Below are positions 16,914 through 26,104 of a DNA stretch of 64,000 nt, in pieces. How positions within the stretch are numbered: position 1 is the first letter of the stretch; every line of letters starts with the position of its first letter. The position numbers were made by a program, and so were the translations under genes. Origin of the DNA: Candidatus Undinarchaeota archaeon (GTDB lineage: Archaea; SpSt-1190; JASMDC01). The stretch is taken from assembly GCA_964519305.1 (NCBI GenBank), contig CAZFHY010000013.1, positions 32,001 through 96,000 on the forward strand, read 5' to 3'. Under the pieces are notes generated by a model. That model saw only the letters and a list, made by a program, of their open reading frames with translations. It was not told the origin of the DNA and searched no databases.

Positions 16914-18674
16914 CTATTCCTCGCAGGCCACACACAATCCGCAGGGACTGCAACCGGCTTCCACATCACCCTCGCCAGAGAGGAGGACTCCAAGAACGAG
17001 CGGGAGATCGTCCACAGGGACGCGCTCCTGCTTTTTCGAGTCTCGCTCGCGGAGGGTGACGGTCCCGTCGTCCAGGGTCTGAGCGTCCACGGTGATCCCG
17101 AAGGGCACACCAATCTCATCGCACCGGGCGTACCGCCGGCCGATGGACCCTCCGTCATCGTAGACCACATCGAGCCCCGAGTCACGGAGCGCTTCCTCTA
17201 TGGCCTTCGCAAGCTCAGGAAGACCGTCCCGGTTCACAAGGGGGAACACACCGCAGGAGATGGGTGCTAAATGAGGAGCAAGGGCCAGATATGTGCGGTC
17301 CTCCTCCTCCTTCAGAGCATGTTCCAGAACGCACCAGAGTATACGACCCACTCCATAGGACGGCTCGACCACATGAGGGACTATATGCTCGCCAGCGACC
17401 TTCTCCTCGACCTCGCGCACCTCGATGAAGGGGATCATGTCCACCATCTCGCCACCGATCTTGGCCTCGAGCGAGTTCCCGGCGTCCTTCGCCGTCACAA
17501 GGTCGGCGTTGCGTTCCTTGATGAACTCGAGCGCATCCTTGGCGGCCGATTTGAACTGCTTGCCCAGAGCACCCTTATCAGGGACTGCCTTGCGCACCCT
17601 CTCGATCTTCGGTTCGTCATAGGGGAGGAACACGGTAAGGTCCTTTCCGCTCACACGGGTGTGACTGGAAAGGTCGTAGTCCGTTCGGTAGGCATGCCCG
17701 GCTATCTCCACCCACCCGTAGGAGGTCTCGATCTCCACGTCCCATGTGTCCCGGGAGTAGTGGGCCTTCTCATCAGGGAGCTGCTGGCGGAACCGTACAG
17801 CCTCCCATGGGAGGCCGAGGGCCAGGAGGAAGAACTTGCAGATGGTGAGGTAGTAGCCTAGGTAGGGATTGTCGATGATGCCCTTGTCGACCGCCTCGCC
17901 GGCGGGCATCTCCACGATGACACCGTCCTGCTTGAGCTGCTCTTCCCTGGTGAAGAGGCGCAGGGTCTCGTCCCGGACGGTGTCGAACCGTGGATGGGTG
18001 CCGATATTCCGTCCGTCGAGGAACACCTCGGCCTCCATCTGGGTGAACTCACGTACACGGAGCAACCCCTGACGCGGGGATATCTCGTTCCGGTAGGCCT
18101 TGCCGATCTGGATGATGCTGAAAGGGAGCCGGGGACGCATGGTGCGCATGATGCGGTTGAATGCGACGAACATACCCTGTGCAGTCTCAGGACGGGCGTA
18201 TGCCGTGGCGCCGCCCGCTGAGGTGGAACCGATCGATGTGCGGAACATGAGGTTGAAGTAACGGATGGGGCCCAGCCCTCCGCCGCACTCGGGGCACACG
18301 ATGCCCTCGTCTGTGATGAGCGCGTCCATCTCCTCGGTCGGTATGCCTTCCACGTTGCGTCCAACTGCCTCTTCGATGACGTGGTCCGCACGGAAGGACT
18401 TCTTGCAGGACGCACAGTCCGTTAGAGGATCATGGAACTTCGCCACATGACCGGAGGCCACGAAAACGACCTCGGGCATGATTGTGGGCGTGTCGATCTC
18501 GTACCCGCCCTCCTGGACAACGAAGAGCTCGCGCCACAGGTCCTTGATCCCGCGCTCGAGGGACACACCTAGGGGACCAAGGTCGTAGAACCCGCCCACG
18601 CCCCCGTAGATCTCGCAAGAGCGCCAGAGGTAGCCCCTGCGTACACAAATGTCCATGATCTTGTCAGCATCCAT
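16914..18674 (-). CDS. glyS: glycine--tRNA ligase (alpha2, archaeal/eukaryotic type)
   Basis: EIYGG..GFYD.GPLG, RPETAQG, YRNEISPRQGLLRVREFTQME, EPSYG and GSIGRRYAR. Start at ATG 18674. Confidence 0.95.
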   Translation of the reverse strand: MDADKIMDICVRRGYLWRSCEIYGGVGGFYDLGPLGVSLERGIKDLWRELFVVQEGGYEIDTPTIMPEVVFVASGHVAKFHDPLTDCASCKKSFRADHVIEEAVGRNVEGIPTEEMDALITDEGIVCPECGGGLGPIRYFNLMFRTSIGSTSAGGATAYARPETAQGMFVAFNRIMRTMRPRLPFSIIQIGKAYRNEISPRQGLLRVREFTQMEAEVFLDGRNIGTHPRFDTVRDETLRLFTREEQLKQDGVIVEMPAGEAVDKGIIDNPYLGYYLTICKFFLLALGLPWEAVRFRQQLPDEKAHYSRDTWDVEIETSYGWVEIAGHAYRTDYDLSSHTRVSGKDLTVFLPYDEPKIERVRKAVPDKGALGKQFKSAAKDALEFIKERNADLVTAKDAGNSLEAKIGGEMVDMIPFIEVREVEEKVAGEHIVPHVVEPSYGVGRILWCVLEHALKEEEDRTYLALAPHLAPISCGVFPLVNRDGLPELAKAIEEALRDSGLDVVYDDGGSIGRRYARCDEIGVPFGITVDAQTLDDGTVTLRERDSKKQERVPVDDLPLVLGVLLSGEGDVEAGCSPCGLCVACEE

Positions 18675-18731
18675 GTTCGGCACCGTTAGAATCAGGTTCT
18701 TGGATAAGGTTTTTAAAATACTCGACAGGGC

Positions 18732-21524
18732 ATGGGGGATATGGCGCGCAAGGCGAAGGGGAAGCGAAAGGGCATAGCCGATAAGGAGGTGCCAAAAACG
18801 AAGAACGCGGCCCCGAAAGCCAAGCCCCTCAGGAAATCCCATTCCCGCACCGTGCGCGAGGAGGGCGGTATCGCTGAGCTAACTGCCGTTGTGAAGAGAA
18901 CTGGCCTCTACCAACCCGCGCTCCTTCGTTATGCCTGGATCCCCCTGCTGATGGTCATCGTGTTCACAGGCCTCTGGCTCAGGATGTCACCAGTGAACTA
19001 CCGTCTGACCGCTTACGATCCGTTCTTCATGGTCCGGATGTCACGGGACGTGGCGGATACGGGCGCCATGCCCCCCATAGACACACGTGCTTACTTCCCC
19101 CTCGGCCGTGATACGGGCACTACTCGCATCCTTACACCACTTGTCATCGCAAAGCTCCACGGCGTGCTCTCCTATCTCAATCCTTCGTACACCGTTGAGA
19201 CGAGCGCCAAGATGTATCCTGCCGTCTTGGGCGGGCTCACTCTTCTGGCCTTCTTCTTCTTCGCCGCCGAACTGTTCTCGACGGAGACGGCCTTGCTTGC
19301 CACCTTCCTCCTCGGTACGGTCCAGGGTTTCCTATACCGTACGTCTGCGAACTTCTCGGACAAGGAGGGCGTTGCCATCCTCCTAATGGCTTTATGCCTC
19401 TGGTTCTTTGCCAAGGCGCTCAATGCCAAGGAAAGGAGACTGTGGTTGGCGTACTCGGGCCTCTCGGGCCTCACACTTGGTCTTATGGGTTATGCGTGGG
19501 GAGGGTACCGCCTCAACTACCTCTCGATCTCATGCTTCTTCCTGTTCCAGACACTACGTATGCGTATCTCGCGTCGTCACCTGGAGATGTTCGGTGTGTT
19601 CATCATCGCAACTTCGGCCCTTATCATCGGTTCCTATTCCACATACATCCTCAAGGACTCGCCTGGGCTCTTCGCCTATGGCACCTTCGTGTTCGCCCTC
19701 GTCTCCGTCTATATCAAGGAGCGTAAGGTGTTCACGACCCCCTGGCTCCAGCTCTTCTCAGCAGCGGTGATCACCTTCAGCATCGGGATGGTGGGCCTCT
19801 TCATCATCTCCAACGGGAATCCCACTGGCCTAATCAAGCCCACGATCAACACAATCATGGGCGTGAAGATGCAGGAGGGCGACGTCCACCGATGGTCGGT
19901 AGGCGAGCAGCAGCGACCTGTCTGGGCCTGGCCGTTCACGTCCGGGTGGAAGACTTCCGAGGGGAGCACCTGGTGGGGCCACCAGAAGTTCCTGTTCCCG
20001 CTCTTCTTAATCGGGCTCATCGTGGCCCTCGCCGAGGGGCATATGCTGGATAACGAGCATGCGGTGTTCGCCGGGGCGTTCATGCTCATGTCCTTCTTCG
20101 TGAGCTTCCTCATGGTGCGTCTCCACTTCCCGCTCTGCGTGCCCGCTGCGCTCCTTAGCGCCTACGTGCTGCGACGTGCCTGGGGACCCACTGTACCTCA
20201 GAATGAGGACGAGGAGGGTTTCATGTTCAGTCACTATGTCTCGCTCGCCTTCATCGTGTTCGTCATCCCACTCACCATCCTTGCGACCCTGCACACAGGA
20301 GGCGCTAACGCCACTGTATCCCCGGAACTGTCCGAGTCGGCCTACGTGCTCCACGGCTGGGCGACAAGGAACATGAGCGATTATGTGTCGAACCTCGGTT
20401 CCACCGAGTCGTTGGCAGACACACTTACCAGTGTGTTCGTGCTTTCCTGGCTCGTTTTCTACCTGGCGCTTCTGGTGTCCTACGTCAGGAGCGTCGAGCT
20501 CCGTAACTTCGCCAAGAAGCTCATCATCGCCTTCTTCATGTTCTGCCTCTGTAGCTACACGCTCATCGACGGGTACGCGTTCGCTTCTGGCCTGAACTCA
20601 TCAATGGACCCTGACTGGCTTGACAGCCTTCTCTGGCTCAAGCATCATTCGCCCGACGATGCGATCGTCATGACCTGGTGGGACTACGGTTACTGGATCC
20701 AGTACGTGGCCAACCGCACAACAGTGACGGACGGGGAGAACCGCATCTCCAACTGGAACGTGGACATGGGCCAGTTCTTCCAGAAGACCAACGCTGACGA
20801 CTTCTTCTCCTTCCGCAAGTGCGCTCCTGACGCATACCCCTTCTGCAATTTCGTGCACGCCAACACCGGTGCTGGCGAGGTGTTCATGGACTATCACACC
20901 CTCGATCCGGACACCGGGAAGCGACGACCCGCCTACATAATCATCGACAACACGCTCATCGGCAAGTTCTACTGGGTCACCAAGATCGGTGATAACTGCA
21001 TCGCTACAAAGTGCGGGACCCAGTTCCAGTACTTCCCCATAGCCAAGACGTCCGAGAACCCGGAGGACCAGCGCCTCGGAGCTGGCGTCTACATGAACTA
21101 TATCTACAAGCGGCTGCCCAATGGTGATGTTTCGCAGAAGGTCGCCCAGATCAACCTCATGTTCGACACACAGCACGGGGGATACATCCCCATCATCCTT
21201 GTAGGGGGCATCACGCCCGAAGGACAGTTCCGTATCGAGGAGGAAGCCATCATCGGCAAGTACATGGTGGCCGGCAGTCCGACCATATTCGAGACCCAAG
21301 GGATCAAAGAGGACGCCAACGTATTCCCCGGCATGGTCATTATCGCACGAAGCTCCGATCCACGACGGGGTGCCCTGTACTATGTAGAGGAGAAGACCGT
21401 GGACATGCTCTTCACAAACCTCTACTTCAGGGACGGGGTCGGCGTAGACTGGGTGGAGAAGGTGCACGACTCCAAACCCTACGGGACCGTGAAGGTATTT
21501 AAGATAAAATACCCAGAAGCCTAG
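18732..21524 (+). CDS. aglB: oligosaccharyltransferase AglB (STT3)
   Basis: AYDP, FSDKE, SVGE, TWWDYGYWI and DxxK-like motifs; 13+ TM. Start may be 18741. Confidence 0.93.
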   Translation: MGDMARKAKGKRKGIADKEVPKTKNAAPKAKPLRKSHSRTVREEGGIAELTAVVKRTGLYQPALLRYAWIPLLMVIVFTGLWLRMSPVNYRLTAYDPFFMVRMSRDVADTGAMPPIDTRAYFPLGRDTGTTRILTPLVIAKLHGVLSYLNPSYTVETSAKMYPAVLGGLTLLAFFFFAAELFSTETALLATFLLGTVQGFLYRTSANFSDKEGVAILLMALCLWFFAKALNAKERRLWLAYSGLSGLTLGLMGYAWGGYRLNYLSISCFFLFQTLRMRISRRHLEMFGVFIIATSALIIGSYSTYILKDSPGLFAYGTFVFALVSVYIKERKVFTTPWLQLFSAAVITFSIGMVGLFIISNGNPTGLIKPTINTIMGVKMQEGDVHRWSVGEQQRPVWAWPFTSGWKTSEGSTWWGHQKFLFPLFLIGLIVALAEGHMLDNEHAVFAGAFMLMSFFVSFLMVRLHFPLCVPAALLSAYVLRRAWGPTVPQNEDEEGFMFSHYVSLAFIVFVIPLTILATLHTGGANATVSPELSESAYVLHGWATRNMSDYVSNLGSTESLADTLTSVFVLSWLVFYLALLVSYVRSVELRNFAKKLIIAFFMFCLCSYTLIDGYAFASGLNSSMDPDWLDSLLWLKHHSPDDAIVMTWWDYGYWIQYVANRTTVTDGENRISNWNVDMGQFFQKTNADDFFSFRKCAPDAYPFCNFVHANTGAGEVFMDYHTLDPDTGKRRPAYIIIDNTLIGKFYWVTKIGDNCIATKCGTQFQYFPIAKTSENPEDQRLGAGVYMNYIYKRLPNGDVSQKVAQINLMFDTQHGGYIPIILVGGITPEGQFRIEEEAIIGKYMVAGSPTIFETQGIKEDANVFPGMVIIARSSDPRRGALYYVEEKTVDMLFTNLYFRDGVGVDWVEKVHDSKPYGTVKVFKIKYPEA

Positions 21525-21528
21525 TCCC

Positions 21529-22479
21529 ATGGAGCTTGCGGTCTGCCTGGCGGTCTCCTTCGTAGTCACATACCTAGCCGTCCACTTCTACATCCCGCGG
21601 GCCATTAAAGCGGGCATCACCGGTAAGGACATGAACAAGCGCGACAAGCCGGAGGTCGCCGAGATGGGCGGGCTCGCCGTAGTGGCCGGGTTCCTGGTGG
21701 CCTACCTCCTTGTCATTTACAATGCTCCGGCCGAGACACTTCCCGACCACCTCGCGAGCCTGGCCACCATCCTCGTGGTCACCATCGTAGGGATGGTGGA
21801 CGACCTATTCGACATGCGTCAGAGCGTGAAGGCCGTGCTCCCCGTGCTGGCCTCGCTCCCCTTGGCGGCGATCAAGGCCGGTACGCATATCATGTACTTC
21901 CCCATTTATGGTGCGGTATATCTCGGGGACGCCTATCCATTGCTACTGGTCCCCCTGGGGATCACAGGTGCCGCCAACGCATTCAACATGCTCGGAGGCA
22001 TTAACGGGCTGGAGGCAGGGATGGGCATCATCTCGTGTGTCACTGTGCTCGTGTGCGCGGTCATCGCGGAGCGGACCGCGTCTGCCCTGCTCATGGCGTG
22101 CATGGTGGGTGCTCTTTGCGCCTTCTACTTATTCAACCGTTACCCGTCCAAGGTGTTCCCCGGTGATGTGGGCACACTGACCATCGGCGCCGCCATCGCA
22201 GCAGCGGTGATCATCGGGAACATGGAGCGTGTTGGACTGTTCGTGGTTACGCTCTACTTCGCCGAGCTCGTGCTCAAAGCAAGGACCGGGTTCAAGGCCC
22301 AGTGCTTCGGCACACCCACACGCGATGGTCTCGAGCCGCCGGAGGACATCGGCTCCCTCACCCATATCGTGATGCGCCACACTACCGACGAACCTCGAGT
22401 GGCCTATACCCTGTTCGTCATCCAGGCTCTGCTCTGCTCTCTTGTGGTCATGAACGTGTACCTGACCTACGGAGTGTAG
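21529..22479 (+). CDS. aglH: UDP-GlcNAc:dolichol-phosphate GlcNAc-1-P transferase (AglH/GPT, MraY family)
   Basis: GKDMNK, EMGG, GMVDD, NAFNM..G.NGLE and FNRYPSKVFPGDVG. Confidence 0.88.
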   Translation: MELAVCLAVSFVVTYLAVHFYIPRAIKAGITGKDMNKRDKPEVAEMGGLAVVAGFLVAYLLVIYNAPAETLPDHLASLATILVVTIVGMVDDLFDMRQSVKAVLPVLASLPLAAIKAGTHIMYFPIYGAVYLGDAYPLLLVPLGITGAANAFNMLGGINGLEAGMGIISCVTVLVCAVIAERTASALLMACMVGALCAFYLFNRYPSKVFPGDVGTLTIGAAIAAAVIIGNMERVGLFVVTLYFAELVLKARTGFKAQCFGTPTRDGLEPPEDIGSLTHIVMRHTTDEPRVAYTLFVIQALLCSLVVMNVYLTYGV

Positions 22480-22482
22480 GCA

Positions 22483-23862
22483 ATGCGCGTTCTCATCCTC
22501 AATCCACCCGGGCCCGGCGGTGTGCGCTACAGTCGCGACGGTCGGTGCCAGAGCGATGAAGGGGCATGGCTAGATACGTTCCCCCCTACCATGCTGGCCA
22601 GCGTGGCCGGTGCCCTCCGTACCGAGCATCAGGTGGTAGTCACCGACTGCATCGGCGAAAGACTGGGCATGGACGCTCTCCTGGAGCGGGTGGAGGCGCT
22701 TGATCCTGACGCTGTTGTGTGCAATACCGCAACACCCACGATCGCTGCCGACATGGCAGCCCTTGCCGTGGTGAAGGAGAGCTGTGATGCCATGACGCTC
22801 GCTTATGGCGAGCACGTAACGGCCCGTGCCACAGAGCTCCTCAAGGATCATCCCTCCTTGGACGTTGCCGTGCTGGGCGAAGCGGAGACACCTGTGCTCC
22901 GGGCATTGCGAGGGGAAGAACGTATCCCCGGTACAGCTGTGCGCGGATGGACGGGAGAACCTTGGATCGAACCCGAACTGGACATACTGCCATTCCCCGC
23001 CTACGACCTGCTGCCCACATACCGCTTCCCCCTTACCGGTGAGCCCTGGCTCTTCGTTCGTGACGGCCGTGGATGTCCCTACAACTGCTCGTTCTGTGTG
23101 ATGCCTCGCTTGGGCGGGCGACGGGCACGGTTCCATTCTTCTGAATACATGCTCGACCAGTTGACCTGGATCGTGGAGCGACTGGGGATCCACCTGTGGA
23201 TGCTCTGGAACGAACTTGCCACACTTGACAGAGCACGCATGGAACGACTGTGCGACCTGCTCGTGGGGTCCGGGCTGGCAGAACGGGCCCGCTGGTTCTG
23301 CACGACCCGCGCCGACCGGTTCGATCAGGCCCTCGCACAAAGGATGCATTCCGCAGGATGCCGTATGATATCCTTCGGTGTTGAGTCAGGGAGCCAGCAC
23401 GTTCTGGACCGGTGCGGTAAGGGTATCACCGTAGAGCAGGTGCATCAGGCCGTGGCCGCCGCCAGGGAAGCTGGTATGCACACCATCGGTCACTGCATCA
23501 TCGGGCTACCGGGCGAGGACGAGGAGTCCGCCCGGGCCACCGTCGACCTCGCTATCGAGAGCGGGCTCGATTTCGCTCAGTTCTATACCGCAACACCCTT
23601 CCCGGGAAGCGCTTTCCACGAGGAGGCCGTGCGAGAGGGGTGGTTCGCTGACGACGACTGGGGCGCGGTCGAGCAGGGGACTGCCGCCGTATCCTACCCG
23701 CACCTTCCCGCTGAACGCATTGCTGAGCTCCGACGCGAAGCGTACCGCGCGTTCTACCTCAGGCCTCGGGCAGCTGTATCGGTGGCGACCATGACGTCGC
23801 CCCGTGCGCTCCTCGACCTACCGCGCATGACGCTCGGATTCCTTGGGTGGATGGGCCGGTGA
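22483..23862 (+). CDS. B12-binding domain radical SAM protein
   Basis: N-terminal cobalamin-binding-like domain, RGCPYNCSFC, FGVESGS, IIGLPGE and TPFPGS. Confidence 0.88.
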   Translation: MRVLILNPPGPGGVRYSRDGRCQSDEGAWLDTFPPTMLASVAGALRTEHQVVVTDCIGERLGMDALLERVEALDPDAVVCNTATPTIAADMAALAVVKESCDAMTLAYGEHVTARATELLKDHPSLDVAVLGEAETPVLRALRGEERIPGTAVRGWTGEPWIEPELDILPFPAYDLLPTYRFPLTGEPWLFVRDGRGCPYNCSFCVMPRLGGRRARFHSSEYMLDQLTWIVERLGIHLWMLWNELATLDRARMERLCDLLVGSGLAERARWFCTTRADRFDQALAQRMHSAGCRMISFGVESGSQHVLDRCGKGITVEQVHQAVAAAREAGMHTIGHCIIGLPGEDEESARATVDLAIESGLDFAQFYTATPFPGSAFHEEAVREGWFADDDWGAVEQGTAAVSYPHLPAERIAELRREAYRAFYLRPRAAVSVATMTSPRALLDLPRMTLGFLGWMGR

Positions 23863-26069
23863 GAGCGCAGACCCTGCTCCTCATATTAGTGGTCACGTTC
23901 CATACCGCCCTTCTCTGGCCGGTCATCGGCCGGGGTCCGCCCATCGGAATGGACAACTCATATCATATAGGGAAACTCGCATGCCTTTCCGATAACACGG
24001 CAGAAGGTGGACCTGTGTTCGGGTGGTGTCCGGAGTACAGCGGTGGATTCCCACTGTTCCGGTACTACCAGCACGTCCCCTATATTGTCACGCTCGCGAT
24101 GATGCGGGTGCTCCCCCTGAACGTCACCGATGTGTTCAACATCACCCTCGTCCTCTTCTTCGTTGCGCCGGCCCTGGCCATCTTCCTTCTGGCACGTGCA
24201 CTGGGCGCCCCCCCGGGGTTCGCGGCGGCATTGTTCTTGTTCTATCCGACCTGTTGGGGTCACGACCACTGTGCCTACTTCAATCTGGGCGTGTGGACAC
24301 AGCCCTTTGGCCTCTTCTTCGCAGCGCTCGCCTTGTGGTCACTGGCGACGCGCCGTCAGAGACTTGCTACGCTCCTCCTCGCTATGACGATGGCATCGCA
24401 TCTCGTCCTTGCCTACATGCTCGTCCCCGTGATCATCCTCTTCCCTCTTCTTCTTCACACCGACCGTACACTCTCCCGGCGTCTGGCGCAGGGGGTGATG
24501 GTGCTCGTGCTGGCCGCGGCCCTTAGCTCGTACTGGCTGGTGCCCACCCTCACCACTATCTCTGCCCGTGGTTCCAATCCCTGGGTGCAGAACACCATCC
24601 AGAAGCGCTCTCTTGGCCTGGATGCGATCGACCTACTACTGGACGGTCGACTATTGGATGGTGTCACCAATGGCTCGAGCGAAAGGTACACTGTATCGAA
24701 GCTGGGCCGTCCACCGGTCATCACGGCGCTCGGGATGGTCGGCCTCGCGCTCTCGCTGGCCCGCGATCGCCGCTGCATCCTTCTCGTGCTCTCGTTCGCA
24801 TGCTCGATGGTGCTCTTCATAGGCGCTGAAGTGGTCACCCCGCTCAGTTACCTGCCCTTCGAAGCATCACTGTACTACATCCGCGCCCTCGCTCTCGTCG
24901 AGGTGTTCTTCGCCATCCTGGCAGCACGGGGATTGGGATGGCTCACCGGGGAACGGACGGCAGGGCTAGTCCTCGCCCTTGTCCTCCTATGGCCATCCGT
25001 GACACAGAGCGATATGTGGGCGCGGAGCGGTACTTTCCTATCGGATGTTATCGCCCGAGTCCTAGGTATAGTGCTGGAGAGCACAGCTCGTACAGTGCTC
25101 CTTGTCATGGGGGCCATTGTTGCGCTCGCATCCTCCCGGCGACCTCGCGGACGGCGCATTGCTGCCATAGCGCTAGTAGTGGTGCTCCTTCTCCCGCTCG
25201 GACTGGAGCGCGCTGGCTCCGCCGACGGACATGCACGCTCCATCCGCGACCACTCGCACATCGCGCGTCGTGTGTACGGCGCCGCTGACATCCTCACCGG
25301 GCTCCCCGGTCTAGGCAGGGTGCACACTGGCGGTAGCCTGGGATTGGGCAGCCACTGGGACATCGGTATCCTCGCGCTACGAGGTGGGAAGGATGCCACT
25401 TCGGTATACGGTGCCGGTCTTGATCACACGGCGCTCAACCACCATATCATCGGCCCGCGGCTCCAGGTCACGCCTAGTGATCTGGTGATGGCAGGTGTAC
25501 GGTACGTGGTGTCGGCCAAGCCCCTATCCCAAGGCTGGTTGATCGAACATCCCCACGACTATGACGGCTTCTATCTGTACGAGGCACTGGGTTCGTCCTA
25601 CGCCACGATCGTGAACCGCGCACCGTTGTTCCAGGGCACTTGGAACGAGTGGAAAGAGTTCGCGGACACGTGGGACCGCCGTATCACAGCATTGTACTAC
25701 ATGGATGGGCCAATATCGGATGTGGGGCCTACTTTCGGACCGGGCGAGCCCGTCCCCGACGTCGGCCAGCGGACTACACCCGTTTTCGAATGTCAACACA
25801 CCCGAACAGATCATACGTGCACCGTGCGGTCGGACGATCCGGGAGTCCTCGTGTTGAGAGTAGCTTACTTCCCCGACTGGCATGCCACCTATGACGGGAA
25901 AGAAACCCCCTTGTTCGTCGCAGCACCGTTCTTCATGGCGGTCGATTTCGAGCCCGGTACACACGAGATAACGTTCACCTGGCGTCAGTCGTACATGGTC
26001 ACCCTATCATGTCTGCTCTCACTGATCGTGTTCCTAGGAATTGTGTACGGGTCTGTCCGGCGCCGGTGA
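23859..26069 (+). CDS. GT-C-like membrane protein (PTPS-related/YfhO-like)
   Basis: GMDNSYH, W...YSGGFPLFRYY and YWLVP; C-terminal YFPDWHA..DG...GTHEITF. GTG start overlaps the upstream TGA. Confidence 0.7.
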   Translation: MRAQTLLLILVVTFHTALLWPVIGRGPPIGMDNSYHIGKLACLSDNTAEGGPVFGWCPEYSGGFPLFRYYQHVPYIVTLAMMRVLPLNVTDVFNITLVLFFVAPALAIFLLARALGAPPGFAAALFLFYPTCWGHDHCAYFNLGVWTQPFGLFFAALALWSLATRRQRLATLLLAMTMASHLVLAYMLVPVIILFPLLLHTDRTLSRRLAQGVMVLVLAAALSSYWLVPTLTTISARGSNPWVQNTIQKRSLGLDAIDLLLDGRLLDGVTNGSSERYTVSKLGRPPVITALGMVGLALSLARDRRCILLVLSFACSMVLFIGAEVVTPLSYLPFEASLYYIRALALVEVFFAILAARGLGWLTGERTAGLVLALVLLWPSVTQSDMWARSGTFLSDVIARVLGIVLESTARTVLLVMGAIVALASSRRPRGRRIAAIALVVVLLLPLGLERAGSADGHARSIRDHSHIARRVYGAADILTGLPGLGRVHTGGSLGLGSHWDIGILALRGGKDATSVYGAGLDHTALNHHIIGPRLQVTPSDLVMAGVRYVVSAKPLSQGWLIEHPHDYDGFYLYEALGSSYATIVNRAPLFQGTWNEWKEFADTWDRRITALYYMDGPISDVGPTFGPGEPVPDVGQRTTPVFECQHTRTDHTCTVRSDDPGVLVLRVAYFPDWHATYDGKETPLFVAAPFFMAVDFEPGTHEITFTWRQSYMVTLSCLLSLIVFLGIVYGSVRRR

Positions 26070-26104
26070 AACACATTTAATACTGTCCAAGGAGATATTG
26101 GACC

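Noticed and set aside
16634-17270. ORFs overlapping rnpB and the end of glyS
   Set aside because: The region is explained by the RNase P RNA and glyS.
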